From contig JAXLNO010000796.1 of assembly GCA_038087875.1 (NCBI GenBank), positions 124,001 to 188,000 on the forward strand: DNA of 64,000 bases, in the 5' to 3' direction. The DNA comes from Malacoraja senta. Taxonomy: Eukaryota. Shown here piece by piece: positions 36,623 to 48,554 of this stretch. Under the pieces are notes generated by a model. That model ran no database searches and was not told the origin of the DNA. It saw only the letters and a program-made list of their open reading frames with translations. Positions within the stretch are counted from its first letter, which is position 1. Every line of letters begins with the position of its first letter. The translations under genes and the position numbers were made by a program.

Positions 36623-39600
36623 TTATATTCATGATGTGACATGCATAGACATTCCTGAATGTTACCCAAACCATCGTGAGCTACTTTGTGACGGTGCTTG
36701 CCCTCTCCTATAACGTCTCTGCTGCCTGGGTGAAGCAGGACAGGACACAAGCTTTGGGACACGGTGTGAAGCTGTTGCCGTCTGTCCCAGCCTGGTAAAA
36801 ACCTGGATGGAGTGGATGTGGAGAGGATGTTTCCACTAGTGGGAGAGTCTAGGACCAGTGGCCACAGCCTCAGAATTAAAATACATTCCTTTAGGAAGAA
36901 GATGAGCAGGAATTTCTTAAGTCAGAAGGTGGTGAACTGTGGAATTCATTGCCACAGACAGCTGTGGAGGTCAAGTCAATGGACACTTTTAAGGAGGAGA
37001 TTGATAGATTCTTGATTGATACAGGTGTCAGAGGTAATGGGGAGAAGGCAGGAGAATGGGTTTGAGAGGGAAAGATAGATAGTCATAGAGAGATACAGTG
37101 TGGAAACAGGCCCTTCGGCCCAGCATGTCCCATCTACACTAGTCCCTCCTGTCCACATTTGATCCATATCTCTCCGAACATGTCCTATCCATATACCTGT
37201 TTAAGTGTTTCTTAAATTTTGCGATAGTCCCTGTCTGTACCTCCTCTGGCAGCTTGTTCCATACACCTACCACCCTTTGTGTGAAAAATATACCTGTCAG
37301 ATTCCTATTAAAGCTTTAGCCCTTCACCTTGAACTTATGTCCTCTGCTCCCCGATTCACCTACTCTGCGCAAAAGACTCAACCATATCTATTCAAATCAT
37401 GATTTTATACACCTCTATTAGATCATCCCTCATCCTCCTGTGCTCCATGAAATAGAGTACCAGCCTACTCAACCTCTCCCTATAGCTTGGCCCTCTAGTC
37501 CTGAGGCAACATCCTCGTAAATCTTCACTGTACCCTTTCCAGTTTAATGACATCTTTCCTATTACATGGTGCCCAGAACTGAATACAATACTCTAAATGC
37601 GGCCTCATCAACTTCTTATACAACTGCAACATGACCTCCCAACTTCTGTACTCAGCCTGACCTCGCAATATTACTCCAGCACTCAGTTACTCCAGCACTC
37701 TGTGAAACGTCACAGAACAGGGCAAGATTAGCAAGTTTGCTGATGATACAGAAGTGAGTGGATTTGCAAATAGTGAAAATGGTTGTGAAAGATTGCAGCA
37801 GGATCTCGATCAATTAGCCAGGTGGGCAGAGGAATGGTTGATGGTTGCATGGTTCCTTGAAGGTTGAGTCGCTGGTATATTAGGTGGTCAAAAAATATTT
37901 TGGCACTTTGTCCTTCATCAGTCAGAGTATTGAGTAAAGAAGCTTAAAGATGTTAAGGGAAAAAGAGTAGCAAAGTCAAATGTGGGTCCCTTGAAGGCAG
38001 ACACGGGTGAAATTATTATGGGCAACAAGGAAATGGCAGAAGAGTTGAATAGGTACTTCGGATCTGTCTTCACTAAGGAAGACACAAACAATCTCCCAGC
38101 TGTACTGGAGGACAGAGGATCTAAGGGGGTAGAGGAACTGAAAGAAATTTTCATTAGGCGAGAAATAGTATTGGGTAGGCTAATGGGACTGAAGGATGAT
38201 AAATCCCCTGGACCTGATGGTCTGCATCCCAGGGTCCTCAGGGAGGTGGCTCTAGAAATAGTGGATGCATTGGTGATCATTTTCCAATGTTCAATAGATT
38301 CAGGATCAGTTCCTGTGGATTGGAGGATAGCTAATGTTATCCCACTTTTCAAGAAAGGAGCGAGAGAGAAAACAGGGAATTACAGACCAGTTAGCCTGAC
38401 TTCGGTGGTGGGAAAGATGCTGGAGTCAATTATTAAAGAGGTAATAATGGGGCATTTGGATAGCAGTAAAAGGATTAGTCCGTTAACATGGATTTATGAA
38501 AGGGAAATCATGCTTGACTAATCTTCTGGAATTTTTTGAGGATGTGACAAGTAAAATGGATGAAGGGGTGCCAGTGGATGTAGTGTACCTGGACTTTCAG
38601 AAAGCATTTGATAAGGTCCCGCACGGGACACTGGTGACTAAAATTAGAGCTCATGGTATTGGGGGTAAGGTGTTGACATGGATAGAAAATTGGTTGGCAG
38701 ACCGGAAGCAAAGAGTAGGAGTGAATGGGTCCTTTTCAGAATGGCAGTAAGTGGCGAGTGGAGTGCCGCAAGCAGTGGCGGACTGGGTCTAAAAATATTG
38801 GTTGCCAGGAGACAAAGGGGGCCCACCCACAACTACAATGCTATCATTTAATTTTCATAACGAATAAATAATATTTTCAAAAAATACATATGGAAAAAAG
38901 GGTACAATTTAAAATTTTTGTGAAAAAAATGGTTCTTAGTAATTACAGTGTACATGTACTGTACATATTACTGGCAGTAGATACCGAATGTAAATACAGA
39001 ATGTTATAATTTTTTTTTTTTTAAATTTTAAGTAATTGGTTGATATTTTAAAATAATTTACTGCACAATTTACACATTAACAGATAGTTGAAAAGCACAA
39101 TAGAGCATTGCATGCAGTCCACTATATTAAGAGCAATCGTTTGTGTTCGCTAGATGATTGTGCGAATCTGCCAATAATTGCTTCTGCATCCAATTCATCT
39201 AACAATTCCTTTTCAATGGTTAGCAACATGTATGATTCCAAATTCTCCTCAGACAGCGAATTTCTTAACCTTTTTCTTTATGATCTTTAGCTTTGAAAAT
39301 GTCCTCTCACATTGGACTTGAGTAACTGATAGTGTGCAGATGACTTTATAAAGTTGATAAAGGTTATCATATGCCTTGTCATGAAGTCTGTTGGATGCCA
39401 GAATGTTTAGTACACTCGATGGGCAAGTGCTGCACATTTTACAATTGTTGCAACTGGAATCCATATTCTCACCATCATTAAGCAACTTTAATACATCAAA
39501 GTTTGAAGCAAAAGAAAACAATTCCAATATTACTTGATCTTTGCTGATTTGTGGAAACAGCTTAATAATACCTTCCAATGCTTCATCTTCAAGGCCCTTC

Positions 39601-40616
39601 TCTGCAATAGTTTTAAACTTTGCTGGGTCCAAGCAGGACAAATCTTTATACAACTGTTTGTGTTGTACAAAGCGTGATTCTAGTGACTGGACAATGCGAT
39701 CCATTATTGGGTTAAACACATTTACTCAAAAATCAGCTAGAGAATCTGAGGAATTTCTTTTATCATCAATAAGCTCATCTGCCATTATTTTCTTCTTCCT
39801 CTGCCTCTTAACTGGCAATGCTGTTTCCAACGCAATAATTTCCAATGTTTGATTTTCATCCATATTCATCTGTGAAATCCTGTCATTACATTTCTTTACA
39901 AATTCCAAAGCCTTGCTGTGAACGTTATTAAATGTTCTTGTCTGTTCCTTCAACTTTGTTGTAGCTGAATCTACCAAACTCCATGCAGTAAACACATCTA
40001 ACCCACTTGTCTGTAGATAACTTGATAATGGGGTTGTAGTTTCAAATATATACAAGTAAAGAAATGCTGTCAATATGGTTTCAAACTTTAGAAGACTTTG
40101 AAGTAAAACATTTGCTTCATGTTTTGTTTTTGCATCAAACTTTTCTGAATCTTGTATCATTGATAATCATGTCAATAGATTTACGAAAGTACTGGCAGCG
40201 GCATCATCAAAACTTCCAAATATAGTTGTTGCTGCATTGGATTTTCCTGACCATCTGGTCTCACCAATTAGCTTTAATCGTTTCATTTTTTTCTTATCCT
40301 AGATGTTTTCCAACAACTTCTATCCATACAGCCATTCTCTTGTATGATGCTTTCACAAAAGTTGCTCTATTCTGGAGCAAATTGAAAAAAGAAACTGCAG
40401 GCTCACAACATTTGTTGTTTCAGTTATCACCAAATTCAAGACATGGGCATAGCACCATTTCACTTGCACTTTATGTGCAATGTGACGAATAAAACCGTAT
40501 TGTATTGTATTGTATATGAACATGTTGATCAGCCACATCAGCAATTTTACTTTGTAAACCATTATACTGGCCATAGTAGCTTGCAGCGCCATCTGTGCTA
40601 TCAGATAAACATTTTT

Positions 40617-42625
40617 TTTTTGTGATATAAATTTTTATTAGAAGCAAACATATTACAATGTAGAGTAACATATTATAATAGAAGAAAAAACTTTTCATAT
40701 ACATCAATCACTCATACATTATTAAATTTGTCAATTGTCAGTTATTTCTGCTTCTAGTGGTTTTTTTTTATATAGATAGAAAAAGAAAAATAGAGAGAAA
40801 GAAGAAAGAAAAGAGAGAAAGAAGAATTACAATATCAAAAAAGAAAAAGAGGTGGAATGAATAACTTATAATACGTCATAGGAGATAAGTTCGTAGGTTA
40901 TGAAATATAATTACATCTAATCCTGAGTTCAAGCTTCAGTCGGGCTTTCGCGCTGGGCCACTCTATCCCTTCAAATAGGCAATGAATGGAGCCCATATTT
41001 TAACAAAAAGTTCTTGCTTGTCCATTAAGACAAGTCTAATTCTTTCTAGATGTAGGGTCTCCGACATTTCCACAATCCACATTTTAATTGTGGGGGTTGT
41101 AGGGCCTTTCCAGAATTTTAATATTAATTTTTTCCCAGTTATTATACTGTAGTCAAGGAAGTTTCTTTGGCTTGTTGTGAGTGTTAAACTTTGTTCTGAT
41201 ATCCCAAGTATTATTAATTTTGAGTCTGGAGCCAATTTGGTATTAACAACTTCAGAGATTATTTGAAAAATATCAGTCCAGTAATTTTTAATTTTTATAC
41301 AATTTGCAAAGGTATGTGTTAAATTGGCCTCTAGGTGCAGGCATTTATCACATATAGGAGAAATATGTGGGAAAATTCTATTTAGTTTTATTTTGGAATA
41401 ATGTAATCTGTGTAAGACTTTAAATTGTATTAAAGCATGTCTGGCATTTAACGAACATTGATGTATATGTTGTAAACTTTCGTCCCAAATATCTTTCGTA
41501 ATAGGATAACCTAACTCATTTTCCCATTTATGTATATATAGTTCCATCGGTGGTTCCTCATTATTTAGGAGAATGTTATAAATATAAGCTATTAATTTTT
41601 CAGTGTTAGGATGCGTATTCAAACATTCATCAAGAATTTCTGGTTCCCTAGTCCTATAAACTTGTGTATTGGATTTAACATAATCTCTAATTTGTAAATA
41701 TCTGAAAAAGTTATTTGAGTGTAGTCCATGATTCTGTTGTAACTCTTGAAATGACAGAAAGATGCCTTCCCTATAAAGATGTCCAATCCTTTTAATTCCC
41801 TGATTTTTCCATTGTATAAAACCTCTATCCAATATGGATGGCTTGAATAGAGGATTATTTACAATGGGAAGGCATAGTGGTATATTATTCAGTTTTAAAG
41901 CCTTTTTTAATTGTTTCCAAATTCGTATTCCACTATGTATTATAGGGTTTTCCTTATAGGTTTTTTTATGCAATTTTGTGGTAGCAAATATAATCGAACC
42001 TATTTCAAAAGGTAAACAGTCTTCCTTTTCCATCCTTAACCATTCTGGTTGTTGGTCCATTTCTTCCAGCCAGAAATTCATGTTTTTAATATGGACTGCC
42101 CAAAAATAAAATAATAAATTTGGCAAGGCCAAACCTCCGTTGCTCTTTGACTTCCATAAATGTTTTTTACTTATTCTATGATTCTTATAATCCCAAATAA
42201 AGCTTGAAACAATGGAGTCGACTTTTTTGAAAACGTTTTTTGGAATATATATCGGAATTAATTGAAATAAATATAGTAGTTGCGGTAAGAAAATCATTTT
42301 TATAGCATTAATTCTACCAAGCATTGAAATAGGAAGTGTTTTCCAGTACTGAATATGTTTGTGTAATTTATTAAGTAAAGATGGAAAATTTTGTTTAAAT
42401 AAAGAGGTATATGTCTTAGTTACATAGATTCCTAAATATTTAAGTTTATCTTTAACTATTTTAAAAGGGGATTGTTGTATTGTATTTAAGTTGAATTTTG
42501 TTATTGGCATAATTTCACTTTTATTCCAATTAATCCTATATCCTGAGAACTGACCAAATTGTGCTATTAGATTTAATAGATTTGGAATACTAGTTTCTAA
42601 CTTTGTAATATAGTTAAACATAATA
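40617..42625 (-). mobile_element. 5-prime-truncated L1-clade LINE inserted in the hAT transposase
   Basis: Poly(A) and AATAAA at the 40617 end. 15-bp TSD CAGATAAACATTTTT (40602-16, 42626-40). Confidence 0.92.
40963..42625 (-). CDS. L1 ORF2 C-terminal 550 aa (end of RT, DUF1725-like region, CCHC knuckle), uninterrupted
   Basis: FGQFSGYRINWNKSE, KYLGI, GRINAIKM, GGLALP, CDKCLHLEANLTHTFANC. Confidence 0.9.
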
Positions 42626-44851
42626 CAGATAAACATTTTTGGGGGTCAATTTTAAGATGCTGTAATGTTTCAATCAATAGATCAAAAAGTCCCTGTCCTG
42701 TACCATCATTACTTGGCACAACTGAAAGTAGTCGCTCACAGATAATACCTTTAAGCACATACCGAATAATAATTGTGGACGTTTTATACATTTAGCATCA
42801 ATGAGTCCTGCTGCTGCATCGCTGATGACACATATTTTATATCCGGTTTATATTTGTTAACCTTGAGAGATATGCAAGCACTACTAGTTTCATCTGTAAG
42901 GCTATTACTTTTACGATACTTAATGTTCATCACTGAGAACAATGATTCACAAGAATATATACATGAAAAAATCCTGAATATTGATAATACCTCTCACATA
43001 GCTTTAACAATAACTTATGTTTAAGCACATATGCTGAAGAACAGGCTTCATTAACTTTTCATATAATATTTTCAATGCAGTCACTGATAACCAGATAATT
43101 ACTATGGATAACTGGAGCCTACCCTGGTGTAACAATTACGTTTTTCTAATATCTAAATTTGAACTCACATGTAGCTGAATTTGGATATTGTTTACCGATA
43201 ATTTTTTTTTACGATCCTTGAAAAACTATATAAAAAGAATGGTAAAGGAGCCACGCCACGTCTGGCCGCCTGGTGAATGATGCAACAAGAAGTTATATGC
43301 AACAATGATCTTTTATACATATACAAAAACTAAAAATTAAAAACATCTCTTCAATAAGGGGGGGGGGGGGGGTCAGGCTGAGGCTTTTCAAGTGTGTGTG
43401 ACAAAAATACGGACAAATCTTTGATACAAAATTTTCTCACTTGCCAACCGAAATTTTTTGGGAGTATATTATTATTTGGTGTCATTTAATTATTGGGAGA
43501 ACCTTTTCAAAGAATTAAAAATCACACTGGAGCGGTAAAATCAGAGAATATTGTAAGTAATTATTATAAGATAAGTCCTGTGAGATTGAATGAATGTAAA
43601 TTTTTGTGACTAATTTTAACTCAAAAGTAGTTCATCCCTGTTGATACTGTGGATATTTTTTAAAATTAAACTTTCAGTGTAATTCTAGCTGCCAGATACA
43701 TCTTATTCCTTTTTATTACTAAAACAGTTATCTGTGTTTGTTTGTTTATTGCATTTTTATTTGATATAGGGGGGGGGGCACTTCATCAGGGGCCCACTTG
43801 CCATCGGGCAAGCTGATACCCTGGCCAGTCCGCCACTGGCCGCAAGGCTCGGTGTTGGGGCCGCAATTGTTTACCATATATATTAATGATTTGGAAGAGG
43901 GAATTAGGAGCAACACTAGCAGGTTTGCGGATGACACATAGCTGGGTGGCAGTGTGAACTGTGAAGAGGATGTTAGGAGGTTGCAGGGTGACCTGGACAG
44001 GTTGAGTGAGTGGGCAGATGCGTGGCAGATGCAGTATAATATAGATAAATGTGAGGTTATCCACTTTGGCAGCAAAAACAAGGGGGCAGATTATTATCTC
44101 AATGGGGTTGGGTTAGGTAAGGGGGAGGTGCAGCGAGACCTGGGCGTCCTTGTACACCGGTCACTGAAAGTTGGCGTGCAGGTACAGCAGGCAGTGAAGA
44201 AAACTAATGGAATGTTGGCCTTCATAACAAGAGGATTTCAGTATAGGAGTAGAGAGGTTCTTCTGCAGTTGTATAGGGGTCTGGTGAGACCACATCTGGA
44301 GTATTGTGTACTGTTTTGGTCTCCTAATTTGAGGAAGGACATCCTTGTGATTGAGGCAGTACAGCGTAGGTTCAAGAGATTGATCCTTGGGATGGTGGGA
44401 TTGTCATATGAGGAAAGATTGAAAAGACTAGGCTTGTATTCACTAGAGTTTAGAAGGATGAGGGGGAATCTTATAGAAACATATAAAATTATAAAAAGAC
44501 TGGACAAGCAAGATGCAGGAAAAATATTCCCAATGTTGGGCGAGTCCAGAAACAGGGGCCACAGTCTTAGAATAAAGGGGAGGTCATTTAAGACTGAGGT
44601 GAGAAAAAAGTTTTCACCCAGAGAGTTGTGAATTTATGTAATTCCCTGCCACAGAGGGCAGTGGAGGCCAAGTCACTAGATGGATTTAAGAGAGAGTTAG
44701 ATAGAGAACCAGGGGCTAGTGGAGTCAAGGGATATGGGGAGAAGGCAGGCATGGGTTATTGATAGGGGACATGATCACAATGAATGGCGTTGCTGGCTCG
44801 AAGGGCCGAATGGCCTCCTCCTGTACCTATTTTCTATGTTTCTATGTTTCT

Positions 44852-45780
44852 AACATTAGCAAATTTGCAGATGACACAAAGATGGGTGGCAGTGTGAACT
44901 GTGATAGGATGCTATGAGAATGCAGGGTGACTTGGACAGGTTGGGGGAGTGGGCAGATGCATGGCAGATGAAGTTTAATGTGGATAAATGTGAGGTTACC
45001 CACTTTGGTAGCAAAAACAGGAACGCAGATTACTATCTAAATGGCGTCAAGTTGGGAAAAGGAAGTACAACGGGATCTGGGGGTCCTTGTACATCAGTCT
45101 ATGAAAGTATGTATGCAGGTACAGCAGGCAGTGAAGAAAGCGAATGGCATGTTGGCCTTTATAACAAGAGGAATCGAATATACGAGCAAAGAGGTCCTTC
45201 TGCAGTTGTACACAGCCCTAGTGAGACCACACCTGGAGTATTGTGTGCAGTTTTGGTTCCCTAATTTGAGGAAGGACATTCTTGCTATTGAGGGAGTGCA
45301 GCGTTGGTTTACAAGGTTAATTCCCGGGATGGCGGGACTGTCATATGCTGAGAGAATGGAGCAGCTGGGCTTGTACACTCTGGAGTTTAGAAGGATGAGA
45401 GGGGATCTCATTGAAACATATAAGATTGTTAAGGGCTTGGACATGCTAGAGGCAGGAAACATGTTCCCGATGTTGGGGGAGTCCAGAAGCCACAGTTTAA
45501 GAATAAGGAGTTAGCCATTTGAACGGAGACGAGGAAACACTATTTCTCACAGAGTGGTGAGCCTGTGGAATTCTCTGACTCAGAGGGCGGTGGAGGCAGT
45601 TTCTCTGGATGCTTTCAAGAGAGAGCTAGATAGGGCTCTTAAAAATAGCGGCGTCAAGGGATATGGGGAGAAGGCAGGAACGGGGTACTGATTGGGGATG
45701 ATCAGCCATGATCACATTGAATGGCGGTGCTGGCTCGAAGGGCCAAATGGCCTATTGTCTCTTGTCTATTGTCTATTGTC
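44852..45780 (+). mobile_element. CR1 3-prime fragment abutting the preceding CR1 tail
   Basis: KFADD...VRPHLEYCVQFW...GYGEKAGTGY and a (CTATTGT)n tail. Confidence 0.9.
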
Positions 45781-45854
45781 TAAAGGCAGCTTTAGCGTTT
45801 TGAAACCAAAGGCAGCTTTAGCGGTTTGAAACCAAAGGCAGCTTTAGTGGGGGT

Positions 45855-46456
45855 TTTTATTTTTGAATTTCTTTTATTAGAAGCGATTGTACAAGGATAA
45901 GGCAATCGACATAACACTTATACAATTATTGTACAGCTTCATTTTTAACGTTAGAACCTAAATCGAAAAAAAAGAGAGAAAAAAGAAAAGAATGACGAAA
46001 GAGAAGTAAAATAAGAACAAGCTAGAAAATAGACCCTAAGGTTCCAAAGAAGTGCAAGAGAAAAGAAAAGAAATAAGAAAAAAAAAGATGGAAATATACC
46101 TTCCCCCCTCACCTATCCCTGGCATCAGGTTTAAATTTGTGTTTAACCATTCTGTTGTTGCAGAAATTCAGTAAAAGGGAACCATGTCTTAAGAAATTGA
46201 TCTGCTTTTCCCGCCAAGACAAGCCCAATATTTTCCAAATGTAGTGTATCGGACTCATCAGTAATCCACATCTTCACTGTAGGGACTGTTATCTGTTTCC
46301 AGAATTTGAGTATTAATTTTTTCCCCGTTATGAGGCCATAGTTGAGGAAACGTCTTTGGAATATCGTTAATTTAGAGCAGGCATCTGACATACCTAAAGT
46401 GATCCGTTTTATATCTGGTTCCAATTTAATGTTAAGTATTTTGGAGAAGATAGCCA
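45855..46456 (-). mobile_element. Second L1 3-prime fragment, same family as 40617-42625
   Basis: GLITGKKLILKFWK...PTVKMWI closely matches the C-terminus of the first L1. Confidence 0.85.
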
Positions 46457-47144
46457 TTGGAGAGGTCGCAGAGGGAGGAGCTACACCCGAGCGGTAGGAC
46501 TTAAAAAGGAGCGCGGGGCTTGTTGCTTACAGAGGCCCGAGAGCTGTTGGAGAGGTCGCAGAGGGAGGAGCTACACCCGAGCGGTAGGACTTAAAAAGGA
46601 GCGCGGGGCTTGTTGCTTACAGAGGCCCGAGAGCCGTTGGAGAGGTCGCAGAGGGAGGAGCTACACCCGAGCGGTAGGACTTAAAAAGGAGCGCGGGGCT
46701 TGTTGCTTACAGAGGCCCGAGAGCCGTTGGAGAGGTCGCAGAGGGAGGAGCTACACCCGAGCGGTAGGACTTAAAAAGGAGCGCGGGGCTTGTTCCTTAC
46801 AGAGGCCCAAAGAGCCGTTGGAGAGGTCGCAGAGGGAGGAGCTACACACGACCGGTAGGACTTAAAAAGGAGCGCGGGGCTTGTTCCTTACAGAGGCCCA
46901 AAGAGCCGTTGGAGAGATCGCAGAGGGAGGAGCTACACACGACCGGTAGGACTTAAAAAGGAGCGCGGGGCTTGTTCCTTACAGAGGCCCAAAGAGCCGT
47001 TGGAGAGGTCGCAGAGGGAGGAGCTACACACGACCGGTAGGAGATAAAAAGGAGCGCGGGGCTTGTTCCTTACAGAGGCCCAAAGAGCCGTTGGAGAGAT
47101 CGCAGAGGGAGGAGCTACACCCGACCGGTAGGAGTTAAAAAGGA
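46457..47144 (+). repeat. GC-rich tandem array, 7.6 x 90/91 bp, CR1 5-prime UTR
   Basis: TTGGAGAG(G/A)TCGCAGAGGGAGG starts at 46457, 46547, 46637, 46727, 46818, 46909, 47000 and 47091. Confidence 0.95.
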
Positions 47145-47313
47145 ACCGAAATCTGTAACGTTCCAAGTTCCACTTCAAAAACAAGTGGGTTTGAGGAAGC
47201 CGCTGATTGGTGGACGCAGACAAGAGGGAGCAGCTGATTGGGAGTCAGATCCCTGCTGATTGCACTGTATTGTAGCAGTTTGTTTTATATTCTATCCAGG
47301 GTAAGGGGGGAGT

Positions 47314-48375
47314 ATGAGGGCCAGGGCAGTTTACTGTTTAGGATGTCAGATGTATTGTATCCAGGGTAAGGGGAGTATGAGGGCCAGGGCAGTTTGTTGT
47401 TCTGGATGTCAGATGTATTGTATCCAGGGTAAGGGGATTATGAGGGCCAGGGCAGTTTACTGTTCTGGATGTCAGATGTGGGAAGTCATGGAGTCTGATA
47501 GCCCTCCAGACGTCCACATCTGCGCCAGGTGTATCGAGATGGGGCTCCTAGTGGACGGTATTAGGAACCTGGAGCAGCAGCTCGATGACCTCCGTCTGGT
47601 CAGGGAGAGCGAGGAAGTCATTGAGAGGAGTTACAGGGATGTGGTCACTCCAACACCACAGGAGGCAGGCAAGTGGATCACGGTTGGGAGAGGCAAGGGG
47701 CACAGGCAGGGACTAGAGAGTACCCCGGTGGCTGTACACCTTGACAATAAGTACTCCTGTTTGAGCACTGTTGGGGTGGACAGCCTACCTGGGGGTAGCG
47801 ACAGCGGCCGGGCCTCCGGTATAGAGACCGGTCCTGTTGCTCAGAAGGGCAAGGAAAAGAAGAGGAGGGCAATATTAATAGGGGACTCTATAGTTAGGGG
47901 GTCAGACAGGCGATTCTGTGGACGCAGTCGGGAGACCCGGATGGTAGTTTGTCTCCCTGGCGCCAGGGTCTGTGATGTGTCTCAACGTGTCCAAGACACC
48001 CTGAAAGGGCAGGGAGAGGAGCCCGAGGTCGTGATACATATAGGTACCAATGACATAGGTAAAAAAAGAGAAGAGGTCCTGAAAGGAGAATTTAGGGAGT
48101 TAGGAGGGGAGTTAAAGAGAAGGACAGCAAAGGTAACAATCTCGGGATTACTGCCTGTACCACGCGACAGTGAGAGTAGGAATGGAGCGAGGTGGAGGAT
48201 AAATGCGTGGCTGAAGGACTGGTGCAGAAGGCAGGGATTCAAATTTCTGGATCATTGGGACCTCTTTTGTGGAAGGTTCGACCTGTACAAAAAGGATGGG
48301 TTGCACTTGAACCTGAGGGGGACCGATATCCTGGCGGGGAGATCTGCAAAGGCTACTGGGGAGACTTTAATCTAG
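47314..48375 (+). CDS. CR1 ORF1p: zinc finger/coiled coil plus SGNH esterase
   Basis: CSGCQMWE...HICARC, heptad LRNLEQQLDDL-like segment, IGDSIVRG, HIGTNDI and DGLHLN (SGNH blocks I, III, V). 353 aa. Confidence 0.93.
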   Translation: MRARAVYCLGCQMYCIQGKGSMRARAVCCSGCQMYCIQGKGIMRARAVYCSGCQMWEVMESDSPPDVHICARCIEMGLLVDGIRNLEQQLDDLRLVRESEEVIERSYRDVVTPTPQEAGKWITVGRGKGHRQGLESTPVAVHLDNKYSCLSTVGVDSLPGGSDSGRASGIETGPVAQKGKEKKRRAILIGDSIVRGSDRRFCGRSRETRMVVCLPGARVCDVSQRVQDTLKGQGEEPEVVIHIGTNDIGKKREEVLKGEFRELGGELKRRTAKVTISGLLPVPRDSESRNGARWRINAWLKDWCRRQGFKFLDHWDLFCGRFDLYKKDGLHLNLRGTDILAGRSAKATGETLI

Positions 48376-48554
48376 AATGGTTGGGGGGAGGGACTCAAAT
48401 AGAGAATGCTATTAGACAGTGTGTGAGGCAGGAGGCAGAGAAGGAAAGCACTCAGACCCAACATGTAGGGGGGAAAGAAGAAAACAATAATAAACAGAGA
48501 ATAAGAGGTGGTGGGGTTCTTAAATGGGTGAGCAGAGAAACAGAGGGGTGTAAA

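Larger units (their letters stand above)
39249..43020 (-). pseudogene. hAT transposase (ZMYM1/DUF4371-like) fragments
   Basis: IIIRYV..ERLL, DSTDGAASYYGQYNG, CYAHVLNLV, ETRWSG and the dimerisation motif TLSVTQVQCERTFSKLK. Frameshifted and split by the L1. Confidence 0.85.
38773..43838 (-). mobile_element. hAT DNA transposon with decayed transposase and a nested L1
   Basis: 14-bp TIR CAGTGGCGGACTGG / CCAGTCCGCCACTG and 8-bp TSD GCCGCAAG (38765-72, 43839-46). Confidence 0.95.
37947..44850 (+). mobile_element. 5-prime-truncated CR1 ORF2 interrupted by a 5-kb hAT
   Basis: KSPGPDGLHPRVL, NYRPVSLTS and LDFQKAFDKVPH end at GTGGAGTGCCGCAAG (38772) and resume GCTCGGTGTTGGGG (43847), i.e. SGVPQ/GSVLG. 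(CTATGTTT)n tail near 44830-44850. Confidence 0.93.

Noticed and set aside
46457-47144. CRISPR-like array (also considered for 36343-36622)
   Set aside because: Units are contiguous with no unique spacers, the context is eukaryotic, and there are no cas genes.
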